DNA from: Hypanus sabinus
Lineage: Eukaryota
Assembly (NCBI RefSeq): GCF_030144855.1
Contig: NC_082728.1
Coordinates: 38,812,001-38,876,000, forward strand
Direction of reading: 5' to 3'
DNA: 64,000 nt
Under the pieces are notes generated by a model. That model was not told where the DNA came from. It saw only the letters and a list, made by a program, of their open reading frames with translations, and searched no databases. Below are positions 1-11,784 of the stretch, piece by piece (positions within the stretch are counted from its first letter, which is position 1; each line of letters opens with the position of its first letter). The position numbers and the translations under genes are program-made.

Positions 1-157
1 TCTCTCTCCAATATTGTGACCAAGGATTTTTCAATGGAGACAAGTTGAACATTGACAAGCTATTGAAAATCATTGAATTAATGAAAAGATTGACCTGAAC
101 TGAATACAACAAATCTCCTCCATTATTTTTGAAACCATACTGGCAGGCTTAATACTG

Positions 158-1642
158 TATACCGATGCCAAAGAAGAACATGGTAACCTGCCTCGATAAC
201 CATCATCCAGCAGCACTTACAGTGACAGCGATGAAGAGCTTTGAGAGGCTGGTGATGAAATATAGCAACTCCTGCCTGAGAAGTGACTTGGATCTGCTCC
301 AATCTGCCTACCGTCTCAACAGGTCCACAGCAGATACCATCTCATTGATTCTTCACTTAATTTTGGACAGCAAAGGTGCATATATCGGGATGCTCTTTAT
401 TGACCACAGCTCAGCATTCAGTATCACCATTCCCTCAAAAGTAATCAATAAGCTTCAAGACCTTGGCATCAATATATCCTTGTGTAATTGGATCTTTGCT
501 TTCCTGACTTGCAGACCATAGTCAGTTCAGATTGGCAATAACATCTCCTCCATGACCTCCATCCACATAGGTACACTACAAGGCTGTGTGCTATGGCTCC
601 TGCTGCTTTACGCTTATGAATGTGTGGCTAAACATAACTCCAATGTCAGTCAAGTTTGCTGACAGAACTACTATTGTAGGCCAAATCAAACATAGTGATG
701 AATCAGCATATCGGGGGGGTGGGGGGGGAGATTGAAAATCTGGCTGAGTAGTGTCGTAACGCAATGTCAACAAGACCAAGGAGCTGACTATTGACCTCAG
801 GAGGAAGAAACCAGAGGTCCATGAACCAGTCCCCTGCAGAGGATCTGAGTTGGAGAGGGTCAGCAACTTTAAATTCCTCAGTGTTAATATTTCAGAAGAC
901 CTGCCCCGGGCCCAGCATGTCAGTGAAATTACAAAGAGACTACAGCAGTACCTCTACTTTTTTAGGAGTTTGCAAATATTCAGCATGACATCTAAAACTT
1001 GGACAAACTTCTACAGAGGTATGGTGGAGAGTTTATTGACTGGCTGCATCATAGTATGGAAACACCAATGTCCTTGAACAGAAAATCCTACAAAAAGTAG
1101 TTTATTTATGGTCCAGTTCATCATGGGTTAAAGCCCTCCCCACCATTGAGCATATCTAGAAGCGCTGTTGCAGGAAAGCAGAAATCATTATCAGGGATCC
1201 CACCACCCAAGTCATGTTGTCCTCTCTCTGCTATTATCAGTAAGCCGATGTAGGAGCCTCAGATCTCACACATTCGGGTTCAGCAACAGTTACTTCTCAA
1301 CCATCAGGCTCTTGAACCAGAGGGAATAACTTCACTTGTCCATCATTGAACTGTTCCCACAACCTATGGACTCACTGTCAAGGACTCTTCATCTCATGTT
1401 CTCAATAGTTAATGCTCATTTATTTTTTTATCATTATTTATTTCTTTTTGTATTTGCACGGTTTGTTACCTTTTGCACTCTGGTTGAATGCTCAAGTTGG
1501 GGTGGTCTTTCACTGATTCTATTATGATTATTATTCTATTATAGATTTATTGAGTATGCCCAAAAGAAAATGAATCTTGGTGATGTATATGGTGACATAT
1601 ACGTACTTTGATAATAAATTTATTTTGAAATTTGAACTTTGA
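158..1642 (+). mobile_element. Rex1/Babar-type LINE, 5'-truncated and decayed (RT domain to 3' tail)
   Basis: ORF 165-521 reads DLLQSAYRLNRSTADTI...LFIDHSSAFSITIP...LCNWIFAFLTCRP (Rex1 RT motifs); then QGCVL and KFAD-like motifs, ORF 850-1077, and a tail ...tactttgataataaattttattttgaaatttgaactttga shared with other copies in the window. Confidence 0.85.
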
Positions 1643-1747
1643 TCAGCTCGTTTTATTACAATTACATCCCCACAATTGAGAAAATCTGCAGAGCAATATG
1701 ATGTCAACAATTAAGCAGGAACCTCAAGTAAGATTTAGAAAGGAAAG

Positions 1748-1893
1748 TACACTTCGTGACCACTTTATTAGGTACCACATGTACCTAACAAAGTGGCCAC
1801 TGAGTGTATGTTCGTGGTCTTCTACTGCTGTAGCCCATCCACTTCAAGGTTTGACGTGTTGTGCGTTCAGAGATGCTCTTCTGCACACCCACT
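1748..1893. mobile_element. Tc1-like MITE fragment beginning with a TIR-TIR hairpin
   Basis: tacacttcgtgaccactttattaggtac (1748-1775) and gtacctaacaaagtggccactgagtgta (1781-1808) are imperfect inverted repeats flanked by TA; they resemble the CACTCAGTGGCCACTTTATTAGGTAC type of Tc1 terminus. Confidence 0.7.
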
Positions 1894-2157
1894 GAGACCA
1901 AAATCCTTGCGGGCAGGTTTTCTAGAGCTGCTTGGGAGGGTTTAAACCAATTTGGCAGGGGAATAGGAACCGGAGTGATAGAGCTGCGAATGGGGTATCA
2001 GTTTACAAACTGAGGCAATGTGTCGTGAGACCACCAGAAAGGACAGGCTGATGATGAGGTAAAATTGCTGTCACTGGGATGAGTTGCAATATAAAAGGGG
2101 GACAAAATCATGAAGAATGATGAATACAGGACTTAAAATATTATATTTGAATGCACA
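1894..2157 (+). mobile_element. CR1 LINE, 5' segment (end of ORF1 esterase and start of ORF2), split by the provirus
   Basis: TKILAGRF-like end of ORF1 (compare 51102-51130); ORF2 start LKILYLNA, whose frame resumes after 6850 as (H)SAQSTLDELVA. Confidence 0.8.
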
Positions 2158-2565
2158 TGATAGGGCATACTCTGGAGTTAGAGCATCGTGCAAACATTTA
2201 CTTCAGCAACCAGTCTTTAGACTGGAATATAGATTGTAAATTAAATTTAAAATGCAGCCCCAGACAAAAGTTTCCTGGAGCTGTGGACACCAGTTAATTG
2301 AAGACCAGACAATGCTGATTAACATTCATTTTGGGTGTCCAGAGTGTGAGAGCAAAGAAGGAGGTGTGAAAATTAAATGTAATTCAAAGCTTTGTAACTA
2401 TAGAATTGTCCTGCTCCAGGAAAATTTGATCCTTAGCTATAAAATATTGTGTAATATTGGGTCAAAAAGGCCTCTTCCTCCAAAAGTGTTTCATTTTGTT
2501 GAATAAAACATTTCTGTACCCACCAGCTTCAGTGTCTCTCTGGTGACTTTGTTCATATTACAACA
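2158..2565 (+). repeat. 5' LTR of the provirus (408 bp)
   Basis: Starts TGAT and ends ACAACA; TATAAAA at 2438-2444 and AATAAA at 2502-2507; aligns by eye with 6483-6845 (e.g. attaaatttaaaatgcagccc...cctggagctgtgga.accagttaattgaa). Confidence 0.88.
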
Positions 2566-2567
2566 TT

Positions 2568-2585
2568 TGGAGGATTGTCCGAGAT
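2568..2585 (+). promoter_or_regulatory. Primer binding site, decayed (tRNA-Pro-like or tRNA-Gln-like)
   Basis: TGGAGGATTGTCCGAGAT starts 2 nt after the LTR; 14/18 identity to the canonical Pro PBS TGGGGGCTCGTCCGGGAT and 14/18 to the Gln PBS TGGAGGTTCCACCGAGAT. Confidence 0.7.
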
Positions 2586-3269
2586 GTCTTGGTGACCCAT
2601 TGTGTGGCCAGCAATCTCAGCACTCTCAGTCTGGGAGTGTTTTTCAACTTAGCATTCATTTTTGGACCTATTCGGGTCACTGACTACGGGGTCAGGAGGT
2701 ATCAGGAAGATGGCAGAGAGCTGAACTAGTAGGTATATAAGTAGTGTGATGTGTGTTCATGAATATGTGTTTATGTAAGAGACTGAACATTTGTGTGTTC
2801 ACTTCGTGAGACGGACCCACCAGTTGCAAAGGGTGGCCACTGACAGTTTGCGATGCCAGTGGAGTGTGTGTACTCGTTCCGGGAACTGTATTTTGCAAAT
2901 GCTTTTGTTAAGAATACATCTGTAACCCTGGTGTAACAGTTTTAAATGCAAAGGAATACAACACACATTAGGAGTTCAGTTGCACATAAGTGGCAGATTG
3001 CAGAGTACGTACTCTGTGATTTAAAGTATCTAGTGTTTAGTTTTTGTCCACATTTATAGTTTGTGGGAGTAAGTGTGGCGATATTTGAGGGAGAGGTTAT
3101 ACCCGAATATATCTGTTGAGATGACACCTATCGAGGTCAGGGAATGACAGGCTGAGAACCCCGATGACCCAAGCCTGTCTTGGACTATAATTACAACCAT
3201 CCTTAAGCCCTTCACGCCAGAGAGAAGCAGAGCATTTTGTCAAAGTTGCCCTCACTCTTAATCACCTGC

Positions 3270-4240
3270 AGGAATGTAGAATTCTGGTTCCAGCTTAAGG
3301 AAATGATTGAAATTCACCAGAAGCACCCTGAAGATATACATGTCTTGGTTAGAGCGAAGTGCCCGAGGAAAATGTGGGACAATATTGCCAAGGGAGTGCA
3401 GGATGGCACATGAGCAACTACCAGGAACGCCAGCAATGAAGAGAGACATCGCTTCATTAAGGTGGAAGTGAGGCAGCGACTGGGGGGAGGTGAGAGCAAC
3501 TGGGGAACAGTAATGTCAGTGGTTCAGAGAGGGAAAGAGCCTACCATGGATTATGCAGAACGTATCGAGCATATGAAGGGTATTCAGGTTTGGATAATCC
3601 AGGGAGGGACAACCCAGTCTTCCTGAAGATGCTGAAGGAAGGCCTGAGCTCAGCTTAGCTGGAAGGTTCAGATTTGTGGACAGCGATGGGATGGACGAAC
3701 TCCACGATAATATCATGGGCTGGTAAGAAAGACCAGAGGAGGGGCAAGAGAAGTCATAAAGTGGCTGTAAGTGAATGTAGCTGCTGTGACCACACAGAGA
3801 ACTTGCTTTGTGTGCCAGCAGTCAGGGAACTGTTGGAATAGATGTGGGAGGGTAAAGGAGGTGATTTGTTACAGCTGTGACTTCTCACACCAAGATGTAA
3901 CACTCAGTGTCATAGGAAGTCATTCCTGCCTGTGGCCATCAAACTTTACAACTCCCCCCTTGGAATGTCGGACACCCTGAGCCAATAGGCTGGTCCGGGA
4001 CTTATTTCCACTTGTCATGATTAACTTATTATTATTTAATTATTTATGGTTTTATATTGCGATATTTCTACACTATTCTTGGTTGGTGTGGCTGTAATGA
4101 AACCCAGTTTCCCTCGGGATCAATAAAGTATGTCTGTCTGTCTGTCTGTCTGTCTGTCAGACCATGGTTAGAGGCAGTGTCCCGAAAAGAGGGCGACGTG
4201 TGTGAAGACCACTCACCTGCACAGCAGGATGCACAGTAGT
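3270..4240 (+). pseudogene. gag: Decayed gag (capsid-like region plus two zinc-knuckle-like motifs)
   Basis: NVEFWFQLKEMIEIHQKHPEDIHVLVRAKCP segment; CFVCQQSGNCWNRC from 3804; second knuckle CYSC...HG*RQC split by an insertion at about 3879-4158; frameshifts and stops. Confidence 0.7.
3879..4158 (+). mobile_element. Rex1-type LINE 3' fragment with (GTCT)n tail inserted in the second Gag knuckle
   Basis: RKSFLPVAIKLYNS-type C-terminus, then gggatcaataaagta followed by a (gtct)n microsatellite tail. Confidence 0.8.
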
Positions 4241-4241
4241 T

Positions 4242-5367
4242 GTGTCTCTTTCTGATATGACCGCTGACCAGATTGCAGAGCTGGTGAGGTCACACAAACA
4301 GCTAATGACAGTCCCTATTGCAAGTGGAGGTCAACCATGGATATACACAGGAGGTTTATTAGGGGACCAGCAATGTGAAGTGTTAGTGGACGCAGGATCC
4401 TCAGTATCAATAACTGATCTACCCTTGCCTATGATTGGAGAGGCAACTTACATTACCAGTACAGGAGGTGAAACAATGAGGGAGGAGAGGAGTCAGCCCA
4501 GGTACTTGAGATTGAGGGAGTGCAGCTTGCTGTAGATTTCTGGGTGTGCCCAGACAATGAAGGTACTGTCCTGGGTAAAGCCAGTGTGATTATAGACTCG
4601 GGAAAAGGAAAAATAACATGGGCAAGACAGGGAGAGCAAACATGGGTGACCTGCAAAGCAGCTAGCACGGGCCACAAAGAGACAGCAGCTCCAGGCAGGG
4701 AGGAGAGACAGGACACTCTGTAGGAATCATGCCAGGAGGTCCCGAGGGCAGGGGCCAAGCACAGCCAGGAGCTGTTTGAAGGAGTGCTGCTGCCTGAGGA
4801 AGTAGCACTGATTGAAGTAAAGGCTCGCCAGAAAGGGGATGGTAAGGAGCAGAAAAGGAACGAGTGGGAAGACGTCAGTGCGAGGAGGGCAGTGAAGCAA
4901 CAGAAATTACAAGTGTACAACTGCCAATTTAATAAGATTACACTGCAGTCAGGTTACCATTGAGGGATCGAGCGAAGCAGCGGCGACATATTGCAGATCA
5001 GAGAGAGCCAGAGGGGGAGAAGATAGTCCTCCCACAGCCAGGTGACCTAGTCAGGTAAGAGAGCTGGTTGAAAGGACGGGGTTCACTCCCAGGTGGATTG
5101 AACCACAGGTGGTGCTCCAGGCGTATTTGTTGGTGTACAGTCCCGACGAGATAGCCAGCAGAAACACCGGACTCGTATGACCTATACCCTCACGGACAGA
5201 GCAAGAGATCCAGTGTACCTGGTAACAAAGTCATTGCGAAGAACTCAAGAGATGAACTCCAGCTGGATGCATCAGACCTGAGCTCAGATGATGGAAGTAG
5301 ACCAACAGAAAACGCGAAGGCAGAGGACACTGGGAGAACGCAACAGCAAACCGAGAATAGCATGTGA
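4242..5367 (+). pseudogene. pol: Deleted pol: aspartic protease joined to RNase H C-terminus and integrase C-terminal domain
   Basis: PWIY...CEVLVDAGSSVSI (DAG codons 4389-4397, one transition from DTG); ELFEGVLLPEEVALIEVKARQKGDGKEQKRNEWEDVSARRA at about 4768-4894; PQPGDLV/ELVERTGFTPRWIEPQVVL at about 5030-5120; no YxDD or DDE core seen. Confidence 0.8.
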
Positions 5368-6086
5368 AGGTGCAATAGTAATGGTACTCTGTTAGCTGTG
5401 TAGTGCAGTACAGAAAAACATTCGGGAAAAACAGATTGAAAGGGATCCAAGTTACAGCAGAGACATCAAGTTCCACAACTTCGATGGCAGGAAGACCGAG
5501 AAAGAAAAGAAATTACATAGAGCATCTGAAGGTTACCCCAACCTGAATGGGGAGTGAGTACAAATGAGCAGGGCCCTTTCAGTGGTTGGGCCAGTGATCA
5601 AATGGACAGTCAGGAAGGGGGTGCCACTAGGCTGTGGGCCTTGCAATCATTCAAATAGGGATCGCCTCAATCTCTTCAGTACATTAATGAGAGGACTTGT
5701 AAGACTGATACATTTACCTTGCTGGTGCCCTGACCAGAGAGAAACCACTGAAAGCCACTGCCCAGTTTTAGATATCAGTAATTGAAGGGTTGAAGATAAA
5801 GAAGGGGATTAAACTGCAATCGGCCAGCAGGGAAGGAGGCAGCAGGCATACGGATGATGAAGCTGCATTTTAAAGACAGTTGGTCAAAGTTCTGGAAGAA
5901 TCTCTTTTTGGAGTCTTGCAGGCAACCATCAGGAATGATTTCATAGAAGTAGATGCACATAGAGTGATTGGGGAAAGGGTTCCGAAGCACGGGGCATTTT
6001 TGCTGTTCTATTTGGTTAGATCCTTGTTCAGGTTTCCTCTTTCCTCAAACAAATTTACTTCTGTCCAGGGCAGTAAAGAGGAGGGA

Positions 6087-6845
6087 TGGTAAGCAAATAG
6101 AAGATCAAAGGTTTCAAAGATACATTTAATGTCAGAGAACTGTATACAATATACATCCTGAAAGTCTTTTCCTTCGCAACCAACCACGAAAACAGAGGAG
6201 TGCCCCAAAGAATGAATGACAGTTAAATGTTAGAACCCCAAAGCCTCCCCAGCTCCCCCCTCCCACACGTAAGCAGCAATAAAGCAACGATCCCCCTCCC
6301 CCTCCAGCAAAAAAAGCATCGGCGCCCCCCCCCCACTGAGCATTCAAGTGTGCAACAAAGCATCAATACAGTCAGAGACTTACAGTTCCCTAAAGACTGC
6401 TCATTCACCTGGTATTCGACATTCCACGGGCTCTCTCTCTCCCTAATAGGGGAAAAAGAGGTGTCGCCATTTCATAGCGAGAGTATAGGGTATATAGCAA
6501 ATGTTTACTTAAGCAACCAAACTTTAGACCTGAACATGGATTGTAGATTAAATTTAAAATGCAGCCCTGGACAATAGTGTCCTGGAGCTGTGGAAACCAG
6601 TTAATTGAAAAACAGAAATGCTGATTAACATGCATTTTGGGTGTCTGGAGTGTGGGTACAAAGAAGGAGATGTAAAAATCATGTGTAATTCAAAGAAAGC
6701 ATTGTAGAAACATTGAGTTGTCCTGATGCTACCTTTGATCTTCAGTGTATAACATATTGGGTCAAACAGTCCTCTGCCTCCAAGAGATCAGTTTGTTGAA
6801 CAAAACACATCTGTATCCTCCGGTGTCTTTGTTCACATCACAACA
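6087..6845 (+). repeat. 3' LTR, interrupted by an insertion at about 6105-6482
   Basis: TG follows the PPT; homology to the 5' LTR resumes at about 6483; ends cacaaca followed by the TSD gcaca. Confidence 0.82.
6105..6482 (-). mobile_element. Non-autonomous retroelement 3' portion with Rex1-like tail, inserted in the 3' LTR
   Basis: tcaaaggtttcaaagatacatttaatgtcagaga...tatacaatatacatcctgaaa resembles the tail at 59225-59310 and the reverse complement of the Rex1 tails at 1560-1640 and 49590-49670. Confidence 0.7.
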
Positions 6846-8850
6846 GCACATAGTGCACAGAGTACGCTAGATGAACTGGTAGCATAGTTACAGAGTGGCA
6901 TGTATGACGCTGTAGGCATCACTGAATCATGGCTGAAAGAAGATTATAGCTGGGAGCTTAACACCCAAGGATACATGCTGTATCAAAAGGACAAGTAGGC
7001 AGAGGGGGTGGGTAGCTCTGCTGGTTAAAAAAAATAAATCAAATCCTTAGAAAGAGGTAGCACAGGATTGGAAGATGTAGATTCCTCATGGGTAGAGCTA
7101 AGAAAACCCTGATGGAAGTTATATACAGGTCCCCAAACAGTGGTAAAGAAATGGGCTACAAATTAGAATGGGAGATAGAAAATGCAATGTGACGACACTC
7201 ATAGGGAGTTTCAATATGCAGGTGGATTGTGAATATCAGATTAGAGCTGGAGCCCAAGAAGGGGAATCTGCAGAATGCCTATGAGATGGCTTTTTAGAGC
7301 AGCTCATGACTGAGCCCACTAGGGGACCAGCTATTCTGGGTTGGGTGTTATGGAATTAACTGGAATTGATCAGAGAGCATAAAGTAATGGAACCCTTCGG
7401 GGTCAGTGACCATAATATGACAGAAATCACCCTGCAATTTGAGAGGGACAAGTTAAAGTCAGATCTAACAGTATTACAGTGGGTAAAGGGAATTGCAGAG
7501 TCATGAGAGACGAACTCACCAAAATTGATTGGAAGTAAACGTTAGCAAGGATGATGGCGGAGCAGCAATGGCTGGAGTTGCTGGGAGCAATTCAGAAGGT
7601 GCAGGATAGACACATCCCAAAAACGAAGAAGAAGCATTCTAAAGGCAGGATACACACTATGACTGACAAGGGAAGTCAAGGCCAACATAAAAGACAAAGA
7701 GAGGGCATATAATAGAGAAAAAAATAGTGGATTCGGAATCTTCTATAAACCAACAGGACGCAACTAAAAAGTTATAAAGAAGGAATATGAAGGTAGCCAA
7801 TAAGAATAATGAGGATACCAAACACTTTTTCAGATATATAAAGTGTAAAAAGAGATACAGGACCAGGAAATGGCGGATGAACTGAATAAGTATTTTGCAT
7901 CAGTCTTCACTATGGAAGTCATTAGCAGTTTGCAGCAAGTTTGAGAGTGTCAGGGGCAGAAGTAAGTGAAGTTGCCAACTAGGGAAAAGAAGTTTGGGAA
8001 ACTGAAAGGTCTGAAGATAGATAAATCACCTGGTCTACCTCAGCTGAAGAGATTGTGGGGGCATAAGTAATGATCTTTCAAGAATCAATAAGTTCTGCCA
8101 TGGTTCCAGAGGACTGGAAAGTCACAAATGTCACTCCACTCTTCAAGAAGGGAGGGAGACAGAAGAAAGGACATCATAGGCCAATTAGCCTGACTTCACT
8201 GGTTGGGAAGATGTTGAATTCAATTGTTAATTGTGTGGTTTCAAGGTAGTTAATGGCTCATGATAAAATAGGTTGAAGTCAGCATGGTTTCCTTAAGGGA
8301 AAATCTTGTTTGACAAATCTGTTGGAATTCTTTGAAGAAATTACATACAGGATAGACAAAGGAGAATCGGTGAATGTTATGTGCTTAGATTTTCAAAAGA
8401 CTTTTGACAAGTTGCCACACATGAGACTGCTTAATAAATTAAGAGTCCATGGTATTGCAGGAAAGATAATAGCTTGGATAAAGCATTGGCTGATCAACAG
8501 GAGGCAAAGAGTGGGAATAAAGGGAGCCTTTTCTGGTTGGCTGCTGCTGACTAGTGGTGTTCCACAGGGGTCAATGTTGGGACCACTTCTTTTTACATTA
8601 TATGTCAATGATTTGGATGACAGAGTTGATGGCTTTGTGTTGAAATTTGTGGACAATACAAAGATAGGTTGAGAGGCAGTTAAATTTGAGGAAGTAGAAA
8701 GGCTACCAGATGATTTAGACAGATTAGGACAAAGAGCAAAAAAGTGACAGATGGAATATAGTGCCATGAGGTGTATGGTCATGCACTTTGGTAGAAGAAA
8801 TAGAAGTGTATACTGTTTTCTAAACAGAGAGAAAATACAAAAATTTGGGA
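6846..8850 (+). mobile_element. CR1 LINE ORF2 (APE endonuclease plus RT), decayed; continuation of 1894-2157
   Basis: VGITESWL, SDHN, PEDWKVTNVTPLFKKG, QHGF, LDFQKTFDKLPH, SGVPQGSMLGPLLF and KFVDNTKIG motifs (ORF 8310-8672). Confidence 0.92.
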
Positions 8851-9079
8851 CTTGGGATTTTCTTATTATGGTTTGCTTAATCCTAAACTAAATCAAGGTT
8901 GTCCGTGTTTTTACCTCCATATTCGTCTGAATAATCATGCAGTTTAGTAGCCTGTCATAGAGCTTAGAAAACACCCAGATAAAACATAATTCCCTCTCCG
9001 TTCCTTCTTCCCAGAGTTGGTTCTGTTTAGATTTGCACGTTGAGACAAAGGACACTGCAGACTAATTTTTGGAAACTTG

Positions 9080-9300
9080 AAACACACTTTGTCCTCCGCT
9101 GTTTCTAACCATAATCTCATCATAAGTTGGCCAGGGCTCCCAGATGTTCTGTCCCGGAGAGAAGATGACAGTTCACTATCTCAGACATCCAAAGGAAGTG
9201 TGAATTCCTGGAAAGGTTGTCAAACATAAGGGACCATTATCAGTACAGGCCAGTTCACATTCATGTAGACTACCTCTTACCATCATGAGTACCAGAACAG
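9080..9300 (+). mobile_element. Gypsy-type integrase C-terminal relic
   Basis: FCPGEKMTV...IPGKVVKHKGPLS...HVDYL resembles the F.PGD.V...WIPG.V....GP.SY...RHVDQL tail of Gypsy integrases. Confidence 0.5.
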
Positions 9301-11290
9301 CTAGCAGATGTTTTTTTTCTACAGGGAAGACTTGGCTTCTGCTCCTGAATCAGAGCACGTTCCACACATTGTAACCTCAACCACATGTGTATTTTCTGAA
9401 TGGAGAAACCCTAAATGGGATTCAGAAGGCACCAGCAAGACCTGATCCTTGAAATGAACATACCTGATTATCTTTGTTAGCTACAACAAATTCTGTCGTT
9501 GGGTAGGATAATCCCATATACTTGTTCTAGGGTTAAGCAGTCTACTTCAGCACAGGAGGAAATAATTTGATTCTGTATTGGGGCCAGTTATAAACTGTAT
9601 ACTTTTATTAACTTATAATCTCTTACTCTTGGTAAATGAAGTTCAATCTAAGTGGAAAGCGTGTAGTATGAACTGGTTGTATTTGTCTACCTTAGGTTGA
9701 CATAAAGTTGGCTTAGCAGCTGTTAGTCGGGAGGTGGAGGATAAATAAAGATTGATACACTCAGATGAACAACACTGAGTGCAACCTCCCTCTCAGTATC
9801 ATGTTATAAGGAAATATGCTATATAAAGAACATCATTACAATTAAACCACACTTATGATATTAACATGCCTCTAATAAAATGCACATATTATTCAACAAA
9901 AACATTTAATCAGATCTTTATACTAAAGAAAAACTTGCAAACAGCATGTGGAAGATCATTCTTCCTGTAAGCTCAGTATCTTCAGAGAGTTGTGACTATA
10001 TATTGTCTTCTGCCAGTGAGACAAGGAAAGCCAAAGGCAAAAGAGCCAAGAAAACCTGGAGCATAATGTTCACCCGGAGTCCGGATAATTGTAAATTACC
10101 AAACTCCAGTCAAACTGGGAAAGTTATTGCTCGCAGAAATAATTGCCCCAGAAGTGTTGAAATAATATGAACCTTTAAAAATAATTTTATTTTCTCTGCT
10201 TTTCTTTGCAATTATGCTTAATGGAAGTAATTCCTACTGCAGAATATTCTCTTCAACCCTTTGGGCTTCTACACTGCCAGGCCCCAAGGTGCTGGACACA
10301 CAATCCTCTTTAAATTTTTTGATTTGTTTCACTCCAGGCCCCTGTCTGCTCCCACAAATAACATGCATAATACCACATAGCTATTCGTACCGATCAAATC
10401 AAATTATAGTGCCTCTTCCTAAATGTAAATTCAATTAACTTAATGTCAAATTGAGTTGAAAATCTTGGAAGAGATGTCATTAGACTCTCCCTGTGGATTC
10501 CAGTCTACAAGCTGCTTTACAGAGGGAGCATCAAATCAATTTGGATAAAATGCGGTATATCTCGAAACAATACCATGATGCTCGTTTTGAAATCTGCAAA
10601 GTAGCATCCGCAGCTTGTTAAGCTCCTTTGTGCAATTCCAAAACATCTCCACGTGGAAACAATGGGTTCTGAGTCACTCAAGTGTTGTCCAGCAGCTATA
10701 CTGTGTGTCGGTTCAGCTTTAGCCAGTTCCTTCAAACTGCTTCAATGCCCTGTTTGGGCATAAATTTTGGCATGTGTACCAAAAGCAATTAGCTTTTAAG
10801 GTACAGAATCCAATGATTAGTTTTATTCTGTAAAGTTTGTCAGTATTTATTGTTTCATATTTTAACTATAGCTGTATTATCAAGTGGAGCATATTAAATC
10901 AGGTTTGCATGATCTAAAATAGACTGATGCCTGCGCAAATGCATATGAACACAAGCACAATGGAACAAAGTACACAGACACTATTTCAACCCAGCATGCC
11001 TGTTGGAAAAGTGATGGGATTATGTGGAACATTGATTTTATTCTCTGGTTAATTTTATTTTCCATTGATAGTGATATTGAATGGGTAGGAGGCCAAAAGT
11101 CTGCTCAATCCCATTGGTTTACATCTGGCAAGTTAGGTTAAATTGATCCTCAAAGACTCACATGGACTGCGAATGATCCCATGTTTGTATCGAGGGTTGC
11201 TGGGAAGCATGGGTCAAATGTTCAGAAGCATTCCACGCTGTATCTCAATAAAATAGAAAAAACTTAATATACAGATATATGAAAATAAGG

Positions 11291-11740
11291 GGAAACTACA
11301 GATACTGAAAATCCAAAATAAAAGAAAATACTGGAAATATACAGCAGCTCAGGCTTTATCTGTGGAAAGGGAAATAGAGTGAATATTTTAGATCAAAGAT
11401 CCTTCAATTGAACTGGGAAGGAGACAAAGGGAACTTGTTAAGCTGCAGGGAGAGTCGGTGGGGGGGGGGGGGGGGGATGTCTCTGAAAGGTTAAACTTGG
11501 GAGTAAGCAGAAGTGAAGGTTATCTGGTCAATGAGGCTAACCAGACTAAAGAATGTGGGAGTTGTGAAATGCAGTGTAAGCAGAGGAGGAGAGAGGTAGA
11601 TGTGTCTGGTGGTGAAATCTCTTTTGAAGGCCATGCAAATTGTGGAAAATCATCTGTTGAATACACAGGCTGGTGGGGTAAAAGGAGAATAGCAAGGGAA
11701 GTCTGTTCTTATTCTATACCAGAGGAGAGTTGGTGAAATA
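11291..11740 (-). mobile_element. Old Penelope-derived element 3' end (degenerate hammerhead region)
   Basis: ctacagatactgaaaatc...aaatactggaaatatacagcagctcagg...tctgtggaaag is a diverged version of the head seen at 18795, 44611 and 47316. Confidence 0.5.
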
Positions 11741-11784
11741 ATGGTTTAAAAGAAGATACATTTCAGGAAGAAGGGAGAGATTTA

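Larger units (their letters stand above)
2158..6845 (+). mobile_element. Endogenous retrovirus-like LTR provirus, internally deleted (gag, protease, RNase H C-terminus and integrase C-terminus; RT and integrase core absent)
   Basis: TG...CA LTRs at 2158-2565 and 6087-6845; 5-bp TSD GCACA at 2153-2157 and 6846-6850; PBS-like TGGAGGATTGTCCGAGAT at 2568-2585; PPT aaagaggaggga at 6075-6086; knuckle CFVCQQSGNCWNRC; protease VLVDAGSSVSI; RNase H VLLPEEVALIEVKARQKGD...RNEWED; integrase C-terminus QPGDLV...PRW. Confidence 0.88.

Noticed and set aside
10517-10735. 72-aa minus-strand ORF in CpG-retaining unique DNA
   Set aside because: No recognisable homology. The region may be regulatory, but I have no specific evidence.
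11459-11476. Poly-G tracts (also about 712-728 and 27444-27456) as functional G-quadruplexes
   Set aside because: Simple homopolymer expansions inside decayed repeats.
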